DNA from: Geosiphon pyriformis uo1
Taxonomy: Eukaryota > Fungi > Glomeromycota
NCBI GenBank assembly: GCA_016748015.1
Contig: JAAOMT010000602.1
Coordinates: 1,501,696 to 1,565,695 of the forward strand
Direction: 5' to 3'
DNA: 64,000 nt
Shown here: positions 62,348 through 64,000 of the stretch, one piece after another
Numbering within the stretch: position 1 is the stretch's first letter
Layout: every line of letters begins with the position of its first letter
Translations under genes and position numbers: made by a program
The notes under the pieces: generated by a model
Seen by the model: only the letters and a program-made list of their open reading frames with translations
Told to the model about the DNA's origin: nothing
Database searches by the model: none

Positions 62348-64000
62348 AATATATCAATAAACTATTTCTAAACACAATGAAAGCTAATCTGAATTTTTGA
62401 TGGCCCATGAGATTCAAGAAGTGCGAAACAAACAAATTAATCTTTCATGAGATTGTTATCGTTGTTGCTTTCACACTATCAATATTTTTGTCATTTAAAG
62501 ACCAATGAGAAGAATTTCATTTCGGCGTTTACCAAGATAGACTAAAACTGGATCAACAGTAGTTAATATTTAATTCTAATTTGAAGAGCATCACACTTAG
62601 TTATTCGGAAAGCTCAATTTGTGTAATGATGAATTTCAAAATTTTCAAAGTAATATTCGCAATCTCAGCCAGCCCAAAAAAAGTAATCAAGGATTTCTAA
62701 GGAATATTTATCGTTTTGAACCAGCTCAAAACAAGTAAAACGAGTAACTTCTATAACTTGCTCCCAGATCTTGAAATACTATTACGAGTTCATCAGGTGG
62801 CTTGACAATGAAAGGTTACATCTGATATTATTAATATTATTTTAGATAATTTCCGTTTAATTATTGAACTTTTGAGTCTTATAATGACTTTTAGTTCTGT
62901 TCATCTGGAAAGTAAATCTATACTCGTTTATTTTTTTCCCTAGAGATGCTACTAGAGTTGTGAAAACGTTTCTTCTTTTGAAAACCTCCTCCATTCCAAA
63001 TATTTTGTCTCACATACTCCTGTGAAAAAATGGATGAATCGATCACTGAATTCCGGTCATTCATTCTCTTGAAATTACATTCATGATAGTGATGAGAGAC
63101 GAAACATGTGCTTCTGCTCTTCCTGTAATTTTGGTAACCCAAGAAGATGGTGTTCTTGCTAAAAATTGGCGATGCACGCACAAATAGAATACCATTTGTA
63201 CTTTAATGATTGAGAATATTCCGAATGGTAGTCTTCCTCTTACAGTTGTCCAGTGACCATAGCACTACAACCTGATAATTTTGTTAAATACAAGACTTGT
63301 ATTCGAATAAAGGAAGGGTTTATCTTCAAAGAAAGATTATCACAAATTTTGTGATACTTTAAAAAGTTAAATAATTTTAAAAACCGAAAATGCGAATGAT
63401 TTTGTTCGTTTTCCAAATATTTTGTCTACTATTCATATTTGAGTTATTGTTTTTAAAGAAAAAAAGCTTATAATATTAAAAAAAAAATTACATAGCTACA
63501 TCAATTATTACAATTAAAGATAATGAAATGCTGACATAATTCTATTCAAAATAAATCATTAAATCTATAATTGATGAAATAATAAATATATTTTTTCATT
63601 GTTTAAGTTTTAAAAGATGATTAGTTTTGTGTTTTAAAAAATGAATTTCTATCAAAATACCATAATCTGAAAAAAGAATGAGATCTTTGAAATTTTATCG
63701 TATACACCGAAATAAAAGACCCGATGCTGGAAAGTACGCAATAGGAATTGTTTACGTAAATGTGTTTTATTTTCCAGAACGCCAACGTACTTGATAACAT
63801 GCATCAAAATGACGATATTCTAAATTCGAAAATCCCCAGTTAATTATAGAAATTTCAATGCTATTTAAAATATAAAAACAAATTTATTTTTGGAATTTTT
63901 ATATCTGTCAGCATTTTTCATAAATACCCCTTAATTACTTTTTCCTCATCGAATTCAAACCTGATTTTTGATTAGATAATTGTCGTAGATCTTTTAGGAG

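Overview
AT-rich eukaryotic DNA, most likely from an arbuscular-mycorrhizal-type fungus (Glomeromycotina). The transposon proteins remind me of Geosiphon/Archaeosporales, but that is recall only. Bases 1-35.2 kb are a nest of decayed retrotransposons: Ty3/Gypsy LTR elements, including one full-length 13.3 kb copy with a 4-bp target-site duplication (TSD) and a dUTPase, plus APE-RT-RNaseH LINEs and solo LTRs. All are strongly CpG-depleted and eroded by C>T/G>A changes. A CpG-retaining gene island at ~38.1-45.5 kb holds the putative AMF mating-type (MAT) locus: choline-transporter-like gene, HD1-like gene, divergently transcribed HD2 gene and phosphoglycerate-mutase-family gene. Extremely AT-rich deserts flank this island, and fossil LINE and Gypsy coding sequence is still readable in the downstream one. 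The right end carries a promethin/LDAF1-like gene, a TLDc-like fragment and two tandem paralogous small secreted Cys-rich proteins. Top leads: (1) the HD1-like protein appears to keep a MEIS/KNOX-type MEINOX domain, and HD2 possibly a PBC-like region; (2) a conserved unknown third ORF sits in the env position of three diverged Gypsy elements; (3) near transition-only, RIP-like decay of repeats. The 2.3 kb exact duplication around the N-gap is probably an assembly artifact.
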